Origin: Eledone cirrhosa
Lineage: Eukaryota
Direction of reading: 5' to 3'
NCBI GenBank assembly: GCA_964016885.1
Contig: OZ024740.1
Span: 264,740,001 to 264,804,000, forward strand
Length of the DNA stretch: 64,000 bases
Shown piece after piece: positions 27,685 through 38,930 of this stretch. Made by a program: the position numbers and the translations under genes. Within the stretch, counting starts at the first letter, position 1, and each line of letters starts with the position of its first letter. The notes under the pieces were generated by a model, which saw only the letters and a program-made list of their open reading frames with translations, did no database searches and had not been told where the DNA came from.

Positions 27685-28789
27685 TCTACTTATATATATA
27701 ACCAGCAATTTCTCTGTCTGTCTGTCCGACAGTGGAAACACGTGCGCGCGTGCGAATGTTTTTTGCACACGCGTAGAGAGAGAGTGAGAGTGAAAGAAAG
27801 AGACAGACTACGAGAGGGGGAGAGCGGGAGGGAGAGAGGGAGAGAGAGAGTGAATAGCCGCTAAAACACATGCTACAGAAATATTACCTTCACCTTCCTT
27901 TCTCCACTTTGGTACTACCAAGAGAAACACTGTCGCTATAGAAACATTACCTTCCCCTCTCCACTGACTTTGGTCACTGAGGCCGAGGGAATCGCTGGTT
28001 GCTATAGAGACACCTTGCACAAGTTAGAAGTAACCAGTTCGAGGCAGTTCTGACTTGACACCATGCCAAGGACCATTTGAAGAAGGTCACCATTGAATTT
28101 GTGGTTTGAAGAAGGTTGCCATTGAATTTGTGGTTGTTGCTGCTGATAATAAGGACCATTTGAAGAAGGTTGCCATTGAATTTGTGGTTGTTGTTGCTGA
28201 TAATAAGCACCATTTGAAGAAGGTTGCTGCTGATGAGGTAATTTATTAATCAGATTGCGCAGTTCCATAACCTACGTTTGATTTGTTCAATTTTTTTCTT
28301 CAATTTTTTTCTTCAATTTTTTTTGTTGTTTTTTTTATTTCTTATTGAAAAAATATAAATAATAAAATAAGGTTAAAAATTTAAATAAAATTAAATACGA
28401 TTTAATTTCCATTTCCAGCAGCCAATGACCAGTGTTCAATTTCATAAAAAAATTGGAAATAATTCAAAAAATTGAAGTTTAACTTTTGAACATTTGTTTT
28501 GACAATAAAAAAACATTTCCTTATTCACACCTAATGGTATGATTAAAATTTCATAGAAATATTTTTTTCTAACCGCCAGTTATTTATTTTCTCCTTTTTC
28601 GTTTTAACATATATTTATTTCAAAGATTTCACCGTATAGATAACATATATATTTATTCATGCATAAAAGACACACCGACAGACGGTGAACATGTGGTGCC
28701 GAAAACATTTATCATCCAAATCTCAACAATGTCAGTATATACACTAGATTTGCTAGCAGAAAACCGCCCACCGGGTGGCTTTCTGCTAG
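27685..28789 (+). mobile_element. Non-autonomous Helitron 1 with repetitive cargo
   Basis: A|TCTACTTATATATATAA..(GTCT)n 5' end; GC hairpin plus CTAG at 28786-28789. Confidence 0.8.
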
Positions 28790-29681
28790 TCTATATATAT
28801 AAAACTGAGGATGTCTGTCTGTGTGTGTGTGAGTTCGAATCCATAAAACACGAGAACCACCCAAACGACTGTTTTCAAACTTTAGAGTGTTCTGAGCAAA
28901 AAGAATTTCAAATTTTCTATGCCCCATGGACTACATTAGGCGATTTAGCGATCTCGCTCTATAATTCTTAGTCTTTCTCTTTTTAGATAGATACATACTT
29001 ATAACGTCGCGCCCTTATAATATATGTCTATATGTCCGTCTGTCTGCATTACGTCACTTCTTTGATGATGTGTGTGTGTGTGTGTGTGTGTGAGTTTGAA
29101 TCTCTAAAACTCGAGAAGTACCCAACCGATTTTTTTCCAACTTAACATGTGTATTACTTATGTTTCAGGGTGTGTTATGAACATAAAAATTCAACTTTTT
29201 GTATCTCCCAGGACCCACATTAGGTGAAAAACTGCGTTGTTTAACATTTTTAGGGGTTTTTTGAGGCGTTACGTCAGACCGATTTCCTTGAAATTGTAAC
29301 TATGTATTAGTCAATCTCTTCTTCATACCGTAAGCAAAGAAAATCTAACTTTCTTATGGCCTAGGGCCTGCATTAGGTGAAAAACTTCATTTTTTCAGCT
29401 TCTTATGGTTTTTTGGAGGCGTTACATCTAGCGGATTTTCCCGAAATTGCAAGGCCTATTATGCACATAAAAAAAATTCATTTTCTTGAACCCCTAAGGC
29501 TCGCATTAGGTGAAAACTTGCATTTTTCCTGCTTCATCGGGGAAAATCTTAAAGATTATCCATCCATCAGAGTATTCGGTTTATTTTCTTTACATATTGT
29601 CCAGGCATGCAGTTTTTAGGTCTATTGGCGGCCCGCGTTCCAAAATATCTTCTACCGTGCAACGCCGGGTACCACTGCTAG
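28790..29681 (+). mobile_element. Non-autonomous Helitron 2, head-to-tail with the previous one
   Basis: TCTATATATATAAAACTGAGGATGTCTGTC start; CCGTGCAACGCCGGGTACCACTGCTAG|T end. Confidence 0.88.
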
Positions 29682-31396
29682 TAAATAAATAAAAACAAAA
29701 AATACACAAATTCAAAAACGAATTAAAGACAAAAAGGAGACGTATTGACAACGATAAGTATGAGTGTGTGGAGGGAGAGTGGGGATAAAAACACTTAAAA
29801 TTAAACAACTACACGAGATGTGCATATACATAAATATATATATAAATATACACATACATACACACGCACATACACATATACATGAATAGATAACCATACA
29901 CAGATATAAAAACACACGCATATGCATGTGTATATATATATATATACAAAAATATAAAATAAACATACGTACACATACACATACACATGCGTGCAAAAAT
30001 ACATATACACATATACAACCACACGCATACAAAGAATCCTATACGTAAATCCATACACACATAATAACCCATATATACAAAAGCATATATACAGCCGCAT
30101 ACACACACACACACATATACGTAAACACATACATATAACCATATATAAATATAATACAAACATACAAACACACATATATGTATATATATACACAAACACA
30201 CACACAAATATATATATATATATTATATATATATATATATATGTATATACGTACACACACACACATACACGCATACAATTAAATAATCAACATACTATAA
30301 ATGTATGTACACATAAGCCTGTCTGCATATGCTCCCGCAGACAACCCTATGTGAGTACTTTAAAAAACCTAGTGGGTAAGTAAGGACAAAAGGTGAGTAA
30401 AATTGAAATAAAATAATAAACACAATTATTAAGAACAGGTAAGAGAAAAAAGTGTTGTAAAATGTTTGTGATGAAATCTAGATAAGAGTATCTGGTTAAA
30501 AAGTGAACCGAGTAAAGGATAAAGGTGGTGGGTGTGTATGTGTAAAAGGTAAGGTAGAAAGTAAGGGGGATTATAAGTCAACCGAAAAAATGATAAAACT
30601 AAAAATAAAGAGATAAAAATAAAGAGATATATAGAAGGAGATGAGGGAGAAAAAGTATATATGGGTAGAATGTATGGGTTCATAAGTTAATAATATTCGC
30701 GGTGAGTGGAAGGCGTGATGAGTAAAGAAGAAGCTCAAGGTGGTTGAGTAATCAGAGGAATATTAATCCTGTTAAAAAGTAGATGCGATTTCAGATGCGG
30801 ACAAAATCTGAAGATCTTCGTCTTAGAGTTGAGGCGTTCAAGTTTTGGAGAATTCTAAACTTTTCCGTGGTGCACAAAGAACATTTCTTTGTGCCCCTTT
30901 GGTATTCTCTTGAATGGTCTAAAATAGATCAATCAATAGTGTACGGAATGTTTTTATCTTTGAACTCCCACACTTTATTTGCCAGCGCCGTTGCTGTTCT
31001 TTTTTCAGGGTGTTTGAAAAAGCGACATGTGCATAATACCTGGTTTTGAATCTGTCCTGAGTCATGCCAGTTTATCGTTCACTCCTGACTGGCTGGTTAT
31101 TAATCATCGGTCTCAATTTGGCCTCATACACAATGGATTTGGTATTACATTTACCCAGTAATGGGCATTCTTCCGGCTTCCTGCAAATGTATCCTAGATT
31201 TATTCTCGTTCGATTAGAGTTGGTAATTTTAGTCTTGATTGATGAGCATCAAGAGTAATTGAATTTGACTACATTTCTATTGAATATGCATGTTTATATA
31301 TACGTGTTTATGCGTATGGTTGTATATGTGTATATGTATTTTTGCACGCATGTGTATGTGTATGTGTGCGTATGTTTATTATATATGTTTGTATAT

Positions 31397-31454
<58 letters not shown>

Positions 31455-31976
31455 GCATATGTGTGTGTTTTTGTATACGTGTGTATGATTATCTATGCAC
31501 GTATATATGTGTGTGAGCGTGTGTATGTATGTGAATATTTTATATATATATATATATATTTATGTATATGCACATCTCGTGTATTTGTTTATGTTTAAGT
31601 TATTTTTATTTCCCCTCCCCCCACCACCACACACTCATAATTATCGTTGTCAACACGTCTCCTTTTTGTCTTTATTTTGCTTTTGACTTTGTATATTTTT
31701 TGCTTTTATTTATTTATTACTTGTATATGTATGTGTATGTATGTATGTCCCTGTCTGTAGACGCTAATACGCTTATGTGAAAAAGTATACGTCTTCGTAC
31801 TTTTTAAGTATATGCGCGTGGTTTAGTGTGTGTATACTTACGTTCTGGATATTTACTGGTTATATATATATTTTTTTTCACCTCTCCTTTTTCGCCCGGT
31901 TTTTTCTTAGCCTCAACTTCATATTTCTTAAATTTTGTTTTCAAATCCATATCTAATAAAAACACCATGTCTTTTA

Positions 31977-32037
31977 TTCATTCTGACGACTGAAAACAAA
32001 TAAAATATCTGCTTTCCAGAAACCAGTGGTAAATGAA
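31977..32037 (+). ncRNA. Type-I hammerhead ribozyme motif
   Basis: TTCATT-CTGACGA-imperfect helix II-GAAA-CCA(g)TGG-TA-AATGAA; GUA site after 32031. Confidence 0.7.
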
Positions 32038-32135
32038 ATAATTATCTTATGTTGTTTATTACATCACTAATAAGCTCTGTAGCCTACATAGAGCACTCTT
32101 TTTCTCCTGTATCTTTCCGACAGAATTACTTCATT

Positions 32136-32198
<63 letters not shown>

Positions 32199-32209
32199 TA
32201 AGAGAGAGC

Positions 32210-32283
<74 letters not shown>

Positions 32284-32372
32284 TGGCTTGTAGATACATT
32301 CCTATATTAAACTTGATGTTTACAATCTACTAATGCATTGTGTACCTTACTGTGGGGACCCCATTGAACCCG

Positions 32373-32607
<235 letters not shown>

Positions 32608-32865
32608 AAGGTATATATTGAGTTAGAAACTCAAAATAGTCTCTTACAATAAAATAGCTCTAGGAAAGAGATTTTTCCGAGCCGTATATCATAATTGAAT
32701 ATAAAAGAGCTAAAGACAGACATATACATATATTTGTTCAAATCGTAAGGGACCAGGTTCGCTAAGGTGAAAAGAATACTAACTATGGACAATATGGTTT
32801 GCCAGACTCAATTTAACAATAAATCAAGAAAATAAATACAAACCGGAATTGTGGTAATTACCGAT

Positions 32866-32944
32866 CACCCATACAGCGTTTGGCCATGCTGTTTCGCAAA
32901 TGAATTGTGAAGAGAATTACCAAATTCTTGTTCGTCAGTGGTTG
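32866..32944 (-). ncRNA. Type-I hammerhead ribozyme motif
   Basis: CAACCA-CTGACGA-ACAAG..TTTGC-GAAA-CAGC(atggccaaac)GCTG-TA-TGGGTG. Confidence 0.7.
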
Positions 32945-32960
32945 AAAATTAGTAAACTCC

Positions 32961-33032
32961 CCACTGACGAGCAAGAATTGGTAATTCTCTTCACAAATAA
33001 TTTGCAAAACAGCATAGCCAAACGCTGTATGG
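32961..33032 (+). ncRNA. Type-I hammerhead motif with G12A substitution
   Basis: CCA-CTGACGA-GCAAG..TTTGC-AAAA-CAGC(atagccaaac)GCTG-TA-TGG. Confidence 0.6.
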
Positions 33033-33194
33033 ATGATCGGTAGTTACCACAATTCAGGTTTGTATTTATTTTCTTCATTTATTCTTAAATCGAGTCTGGC
33101 AAACCCTATTGTCCATAGTGATTATTTTTGTCACCTTAGCGAACCTGGTCCCTTATGATTTGAACACATATATGTATATGTCTGTGTTTATCTC

Positions 33195-33270
<76 letters not shown>

Positions 33271-33276
<6 letters not shown>

Positions 33277-34142
33277 GAGAGTATACAAATTATTGTGAGC
33301 GTGAAGCCAACAGTATTTCATAATATATAAGTGACTATAACGTCAAAATGCAAAATAATTAACGTTAGATGTGGGAAAATAATTCAAACTCAATTTTTAA
33401 AAAGATCAAGACATAGATTTATCCATAGAATTTTGTGAAATCCAGGGAAAAATCTATAGAGTCATAACTCTGAATAAAATAAAGTTTAAATACTCATCCT
33501 TCAATTTGGAAAAAATTCAAATGCTCTATATAGTCTTAAAAAGACTATTTCACAAAACTGTCAGTTGGGAAAGTCACGGTTGGAATCGTTCATCAGTAGA
33601 GCTCAACACGATAACCCTAAACTACTGCCAGAATATACCAAAAAGGCAATTTAAAAGCAGGCTAGTTCAACTCATGCGTAAATATGAAAATAAACGCACA
33701 TGGAGAGACATGGCTGGTGACGTCAGAATGAGATGAATGTCTGTTTACAGGAAACAGCAGTCAAAAAACATTCCGAAAAAAACTCCCCAAATGTAAGGAG
33801 ATCAGCAAAATAGCAATATTATCGCGGTTTTTTTTTTAAAAAGACCGGGGTTAGTCACAAATAATGTTAAGCACTCTAGGAAAAAATTCCGAGTATAAAT
33901 ATAAATGAAAGTATAGAAATTATTGTGAGCGTGAAGCCAACAGTATTTGATAATATATAAGTGACTATAACGTCAAAATGGAAAATAATTAACGTAAGAT
34001 GTGGGAAAATAATTCAAACTCAATTTAAAAAAAATCAAGACATAGATTTATCCATAGAAATTTGTGAAATCCAGGGAAAAATCAATAGAGCTTTAACTCT
34101 GAATAAAATAAAGTTTAAATACTCATCCTTCAATTTGGAAAA
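33271..34142 (+). repeat. Direct duplication of about 240 bp (33271-33513 and 33901-34142, period 630)
   Basis: Near-identical blocks by direct comparison. Confidence 0.92.
33523..33602 (-). ncRNA. Type-I hammerhead ribozyme motif
   Basis: GCTCTA-CTGATGA-ACGA..TTGT-GAAA-TAGTCTT(ttt)AAGACTA-TA-TAGAGC; AUA site. Confidence 0.8.
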
Positions 34143-34376
34143 TTTATGTATATAATTTATATCTACATCAGAATATCAAACGAAAGAGTGCAGATACTTC
34201 TTTAGAATGAATTCATAATTACAAATCAGTACTTCCCTTATGATTCTATGAAAACAGATGTCAACTACATAGGATGCAGACATGTCTGAGTGGTTATAAT
34301 TTTAGCTTTGCAATAATGTGGCTGTATGATCGATCCCACTGCTTGCACCCTTGGAGAAGGCGAATATCTTTACTGT

Positions 34377-34654
34377 ATTATAAGTTGAATTACTTATATA
34401 CATAAATTTTCCAAATTGAAGGATGAGTATTTAAACTTTATTTTATTCAGAGTTAAAGCTCTATTGATTTTTCCCTGGATTTCACAAATTTCTATGGATA
34501 AATCTATGTCTTGATTTTTTTTTAAATTGAGCAAATCCCGCCGAGGTTAACTTTGCCTTTCATCCTTACGGGGTCGATAAAATAAAGTACCAGTAATGCA
34601 CTGGGTAATTGCTGGCCTTGTGCCAAAAGTAGAAACAATTATAAGTTGAATTAC
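34377..34654 (+). mobile_element. 5'-truncated SINE A plus an inverted copy of local DNA, between 17-bp target-site duplications
   Basis: ATTATAAGTTGAATTAC at 34377-34393 and 34638-34654; 34394-34531 is the reverse complement of 34019-34155; SINE starts at 34532. Confidence 0.85.
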
Positions 34655-34899
34655 GGGGAGAAAAATTGGATTGATTTCATCAGTAATGCAGTTTCAGTTT
34701 TGTCTTGTAGTGTGTCAGCAATTCTCAACCACTTGCACATTAATACCCCACTAATAGCAAGTCATACCTTCGGCTGATTGAACAACGGAATGATTATCCA
34801 AAAAAGTCGCTGGAGGATCCATTATCAGCATAGTTATGTACCGTTCACAAGGATGTTTTCTTTCATCAAATTGATCGACTTTGCAGGAGAGATTTTAGC

Positions 34900-35010
34900 T
34901 CTTTCCTTAACATTTGAATTAACAATGTTCCAGGGCCCTAAATCTAAACCAACTGGCTTTGACCTACCCAGAAAGCAATGGGTGTCTCTTAATTTGATCC
35001 ACACGATGCA
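34900..35010 (+). mobile_element. Non-LTR retrotransposon C-terminal remnant
   Basis: KPTGFDLPRKQWVSLNLIHT resembles the PPGFDLPR.W..LNR.RT motif found after LINE RT domains. Confidence 0.5.
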
Positions 35011-36024
35011 GGACAGCCCATCATCTCCATCGATGCAAAATGAATGACAGCCCAGCACGTGACTGCAGGACCCTGACCGGGCAGTATTGATGTTGTTTGT
35101 GATTGCCCCTCATACGTTTTCCTAGCCATCTTAAGGCAATCCATAATTCTGCAAATGACGCCTTGGTCTGGTTCGCTGGTCTCAGCCTGCCTCTCTAAAT
35201 ATTGTGCATACGTCATAGGACAACAAGAAGAAGACTATGCTTTCACGCATTGGAGTTTTTCTTGAAACTGATTTTCTTCTTTTCATGTATTGTTTTATTG
35301 TTGACTTGGCGTTACCTGGGCTTCTAAACATAGATTGGCATGTTTATCCCTCCTTTCTAAAACAGTGCAGAGAAGTACGGAATACCTCGGACTGGGGATG
35401 GAGTCTACATTTTGTGCTTATCAAAAAAATTCGTCGTAAATTACCAGGGATTTAACTTAATTGGGTGCCTGAGTGTAAAATGTTCTTCCCACGAAAGCCA
35501 AGACGATAGGGTTAAGTAAAAAGGCATTCGTCAAACCGAACATGTATTTGTTGTGCTATGGTACAATGAAAGTTACAGAACAGTAAACATGTGGGACTGC
35601 AGTGGTAAAGAGCATGAAGGAATTTAGTTGGATACTTTTAAGTTTTCAAAAATCTACCCAATCTGATATAGACCGAACTGTTATATCGGATGCCGAACGC
35701 TTCGGAATTACTATTGGGGTCACCATCAACAATTTGAAGGGATGTACGTTTAAGTAGGGATAATATAGTCAATAAAGAGAGGTAACTCTTTCAAAATATT
35801 AAAGAGTTGTCTCTCTTGAACATTGTAGACAAAATTTCCGAACTGACAAAAAGGGCTTAACATTTTAGTGAAAAAAACGCCTTTAACAACAGAGAATTGA
35901 GAAATAAAAGCTGTAGTTAATATCTTTAGACCGCGCGGAATATATAAATGAAAGTTTGAAGTCAATCGGAGTAGAAATGTGGATTTGTATAGACTTTTCA
36001 AAATTAGGACACACACGGACAACT

Positions 36025-36115
<91 letters not shown>

Positions 36116-36119
<4 letters not shown>

Positions 36120-36198
36120 TTATTCTATTATTCGATAGCCAAGTACAGGAATGTTGATTGGAGAAACCTTGAGGCCTAACAACATCGCCAACATCATC

Positions 36199-36244
<46 letters not shown>

Positions 36245-36323
36245 ATGTTGTCGATGTTGTTAGGCCTCAAGGTTTCTCCAATCGACATTCCTGTACTTGA
36301 CTATCGAATAATAGAACAAAACT
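36116..36323. repeat. Fold-back inverted repeat (about 83-bp arms, (TA)n(GA)n spacer)
   Basis: Arms are near-perfect reverse complements. Confidence 0.92.
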
Positions 36324-36699
36324 CGAAATTTGCTAACGATTCAGTTTACTCTCCGAAATAGAGATTACTATGCTCTAAGTATTTATTTCACACCCCACAT
36401 GCAATGAGACAAACCCATCATTTTTTAAACTAAAGGTAATATAAAAGTAGTCATTTTAATGAGTATTTGGGAATATATTATCCAATTGTTTTCCTAAGGA
36501 AAACAGTGGGGGTTGATTGAATATATATGTGTCAGTTATGTACCACAGACACAGTGATCAGGTGTAGTTTATTTTGTTGTTTTCGTTGATCTTTTATTGA
36601 CTTTCGAATCATAACAATCCACCTCTCTTCCCATTTCTTCTTTCTATGATATCATTTTTACTGTCATCTTTGTTATTGCTATGATTGTTTTCGCTCTTG

Positions 36700-36878
36700 C
36701 TGCAAATTTCAGGTTGAAATCGATTAAGTCTACCCCATGCCATTACACGTACTTTATTTTATCGATCCCGTACGGAGGAAAGGCAAACTTATACTCGGCG
36801 TGATTTGAACTCAGAACGTAAATGGCCGTAACTACATGCCACGAAGTATGTCAACCGATACTGCCAATCCACCACCCT
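36700..36878 (-). mobile_element. SINE family A, diverged copy
   Basis: TACTTTATTTTATCGA..AAAGGCAAA..GATTTGAACTCAGA..GATACTGCCAATCC. Confidence 0.8.
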
Positions 36879-37764
36879 CAACACCGAAATAATAAAAGAC
36901 ATTAAATTTCAGCATAATTTGAACAGCACAAAAATCCGGAGTATTGGAAGGAAAAGTTAGAAGCACTTTATGCAAAATATGAAATTAAGATTCTTGACTC
37001 TGAATGAAATACATTTGCTCATAGATTTCCTGAATCACGATTGAGCTAAGCGACAATGATTACTTGAATTATGAAATCTATATTCTTTTTAAAACACTGA
37101 AAATGTGTTTACACGTTATACATCAATACTCGACATTATCCAATATATTGAATTGTTCCCAAGAAAATCTGGAGAAATATAAGACGTCTCTTAGCCGTTA
37201 AAATATAAACACTTAGAGCGAATGTACATACATATCGAACCCAGTAGTAACACAATGGAACATCTAGATTCGTGCATAGAGGGGACGTAAATGCTAGGAA
37301 GTTATTTGTTCCAACGAGTACTAACATTCTCAACCATAAAGTTTAAACGGTAAACCTTTGTGAACATCATGTATAATTAGATGATATAACAAGTTAGAGA
37401 CGCCTAACACAAAATGAAATTTAAAATAATTGTACTGAGAAGGTATATACAGAAAGTACATATACAGGCTCTACCAGCTTAAAACACAAGCAGCTATTTC
37501 AACAGCCATAACAGTAACATAGTGCAGAAAAAACAAAAATAGTCTAGGACACTTAAATTTTTGGTGGAGCGTCTCAAAAACTCTAAAAAGGAATGATATT
37601 GACGTAGAAATAAAATCATATTATATTCTACCATATCAGAAATTAATGAATTCATTTTGAAAGTAAGTGATGGTTATCAAATACCTCAGTCATTGTTAAT
37701 TTTTCTGGCGCTCGATTTGTTTAATTTTATTATTCATCTTTGTGGTTGTACAAGTACTATTAAT

Positions 37765-37840
<76 letters not shown>

Positions 37841-37912
37841 GGAAATGAAAAATGGCGTGCTCCGTTGTTGCGAATATGAACATATAAATAAAAATGGACC
37901 GAGAAACAAGAA

Positions 37913-38016
37913 TGTCCTTCATCAGTAGCCTCCTGTTTATCATTGGTATTTCTTCTCATTAAAGACTAGACACCTAAAATCAGTGCGAGCGATAACTAAA
38001 TTAAGTTATCGGGACA
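37913..38016 (-). ncRNA. Permuted hammerhead-like RNA, copy 2 (partly decayed)
   Basis: Same 104-nt register as 38438-38541; GUC site; substitutions in the k-turn G and in helix c. Confidence 0.65.
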
Positions 38017-38437
38017 GAGGAAAACAGAGGAAAGGAAACAAACAACATGGTAGTAATGTAACGTAAAGAGAGGAAAAGAGAGACAAGTCAATGAATCTTG
38101 TGGGCTTAAATCCGACAAATAAAATGACGAGAAGAAACAGGCGCGTCTGAGCCACGAGAAAAGTGAGAGAGGAAAGAAATTCACGCAGGTGAGACGGGAG
38201 GATGTGAGAGGAGGAGTAGCAGAGAGTGAGTGAAAGTGTGAGGAAGGGGCCAGCAGCGGGAGTGGAGGAAAGCAAGAGGTGAAGGAGAGAGAAGAGGGAG
38301 AGAGAAAGAGGAAAGCAGTAAGGTGACAGAAAATATACGCACCACAGCGAAGGGAAAAAATATATGTGAATGAAAAATGGCGTGCTGCGTTGTTGCCAAT
38401 ATGAACATATGAATAAAAATAGACCGAAAAACAAGAA

Positions 38438-38541
38438 TGTCCTTCATCAGTAGTCTGCTGATTATCATTGGTATTTCTTCGCATTAAAGACTAGATACCT
38501 CAAATCAGTGCGAGCGATAACTAAATTAAGTTATCGGGACA
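38438..38541 (-). ncRNA. Permuted, k-turn-containing hammerhead-like RNA, copy 1
   Basis: TGTCC CGATAACT taattt AGTTATCG c TCGCA CTGATT TGA GGTA TC TAGTCT ttaa TGCGA A GAAA TACC AAT GAT AATCAG c AGACTA CTGATGA A GGACA. Confidence 0.72.
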
Positions 38542-38571
38542 GAGAAAAACATATATGTATGTATATATATT

Positions 38572-38619
<48 letters not shown>

Positions 38620-38812
38620 CATATTGTGTCAGGTCGATCTTCAACGCTACTGGTAACATGTAACCCAGTACAATCTGTGCATAGTCGGGTCGTCGGCGAT
38701 TAAACCGACAATCCCACAAGGGTTGCTTCGCAATGAGGGTGATTTTGGACACCCTGTGAGATGAAAAACAAAACCCGTTAAAGGGTGCAGTAACGCAAGA
38801 AAGTCAATAGCC

Positions 38813-38930
38813 CTTCTTCTTCTTCTTCTTCTTCTTCTTCTTCTTCTTCTTCTTCTTCTTCTTCTTCTTCTTCGCCTGTAAAATCTGTCCAGTGAATCTT
38901 TCCTGAGACATCCTAACCATATACACATAA
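38813..38930 (-). repeat. (GAA)n tract abutting a short RTE remnant
   Basis: Minus strand VRMSQERFTGQILQAK, then (GAA)n; matches the RTE at 18.8 kb. Confidence 0.7.

Larger units (their letters stand above)
27333..32068 (-). mobile_element. Naiad-like Penelope element: GIY-YIG 3' fragment (about 30770-31270) between inverted terminal repeats, left arm split by Helitrons
   Basis: CRKPEECPLLGKCNTKSIVYEA..FKTRYYAH..TALANKVWE..KCSLCTTEK..CPH; 27333-27684 plus 29682-30030 is the reverse complement of about 31290-32068. Confidence 0.8.
32699..33204. repeat. Fold-back inverted repeat (about 245-bp arms), each arm starting with a hammerhead
   Basis: 32699-32941 is the reverse complement of 32961-33204. 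Confidence 0.92.
37838..38544 (-). mobile_element. Retrozyme/PLE-repeat-like non-coding element: 525-bp period, about 180-bp terminal direct repeat, between microsatellites
   Basis: About 37838-38019 matches about 38368-38544; each repeat contains the permuted hammerhead. Confidence 0.75.

Noticed and set aside
30770-31270. Selenocysteine TGA in the Naiad-like endonuclease
   Set aside because: The in-frame TGA falls at a Trp-type position (ID*SIL) and the Cys codons are ordinary, so this looks like simple decay.
35640-35740. Mariner transposase remnant (RTVISDAERFG)
   Set aside because: Too short and degenerate to support.
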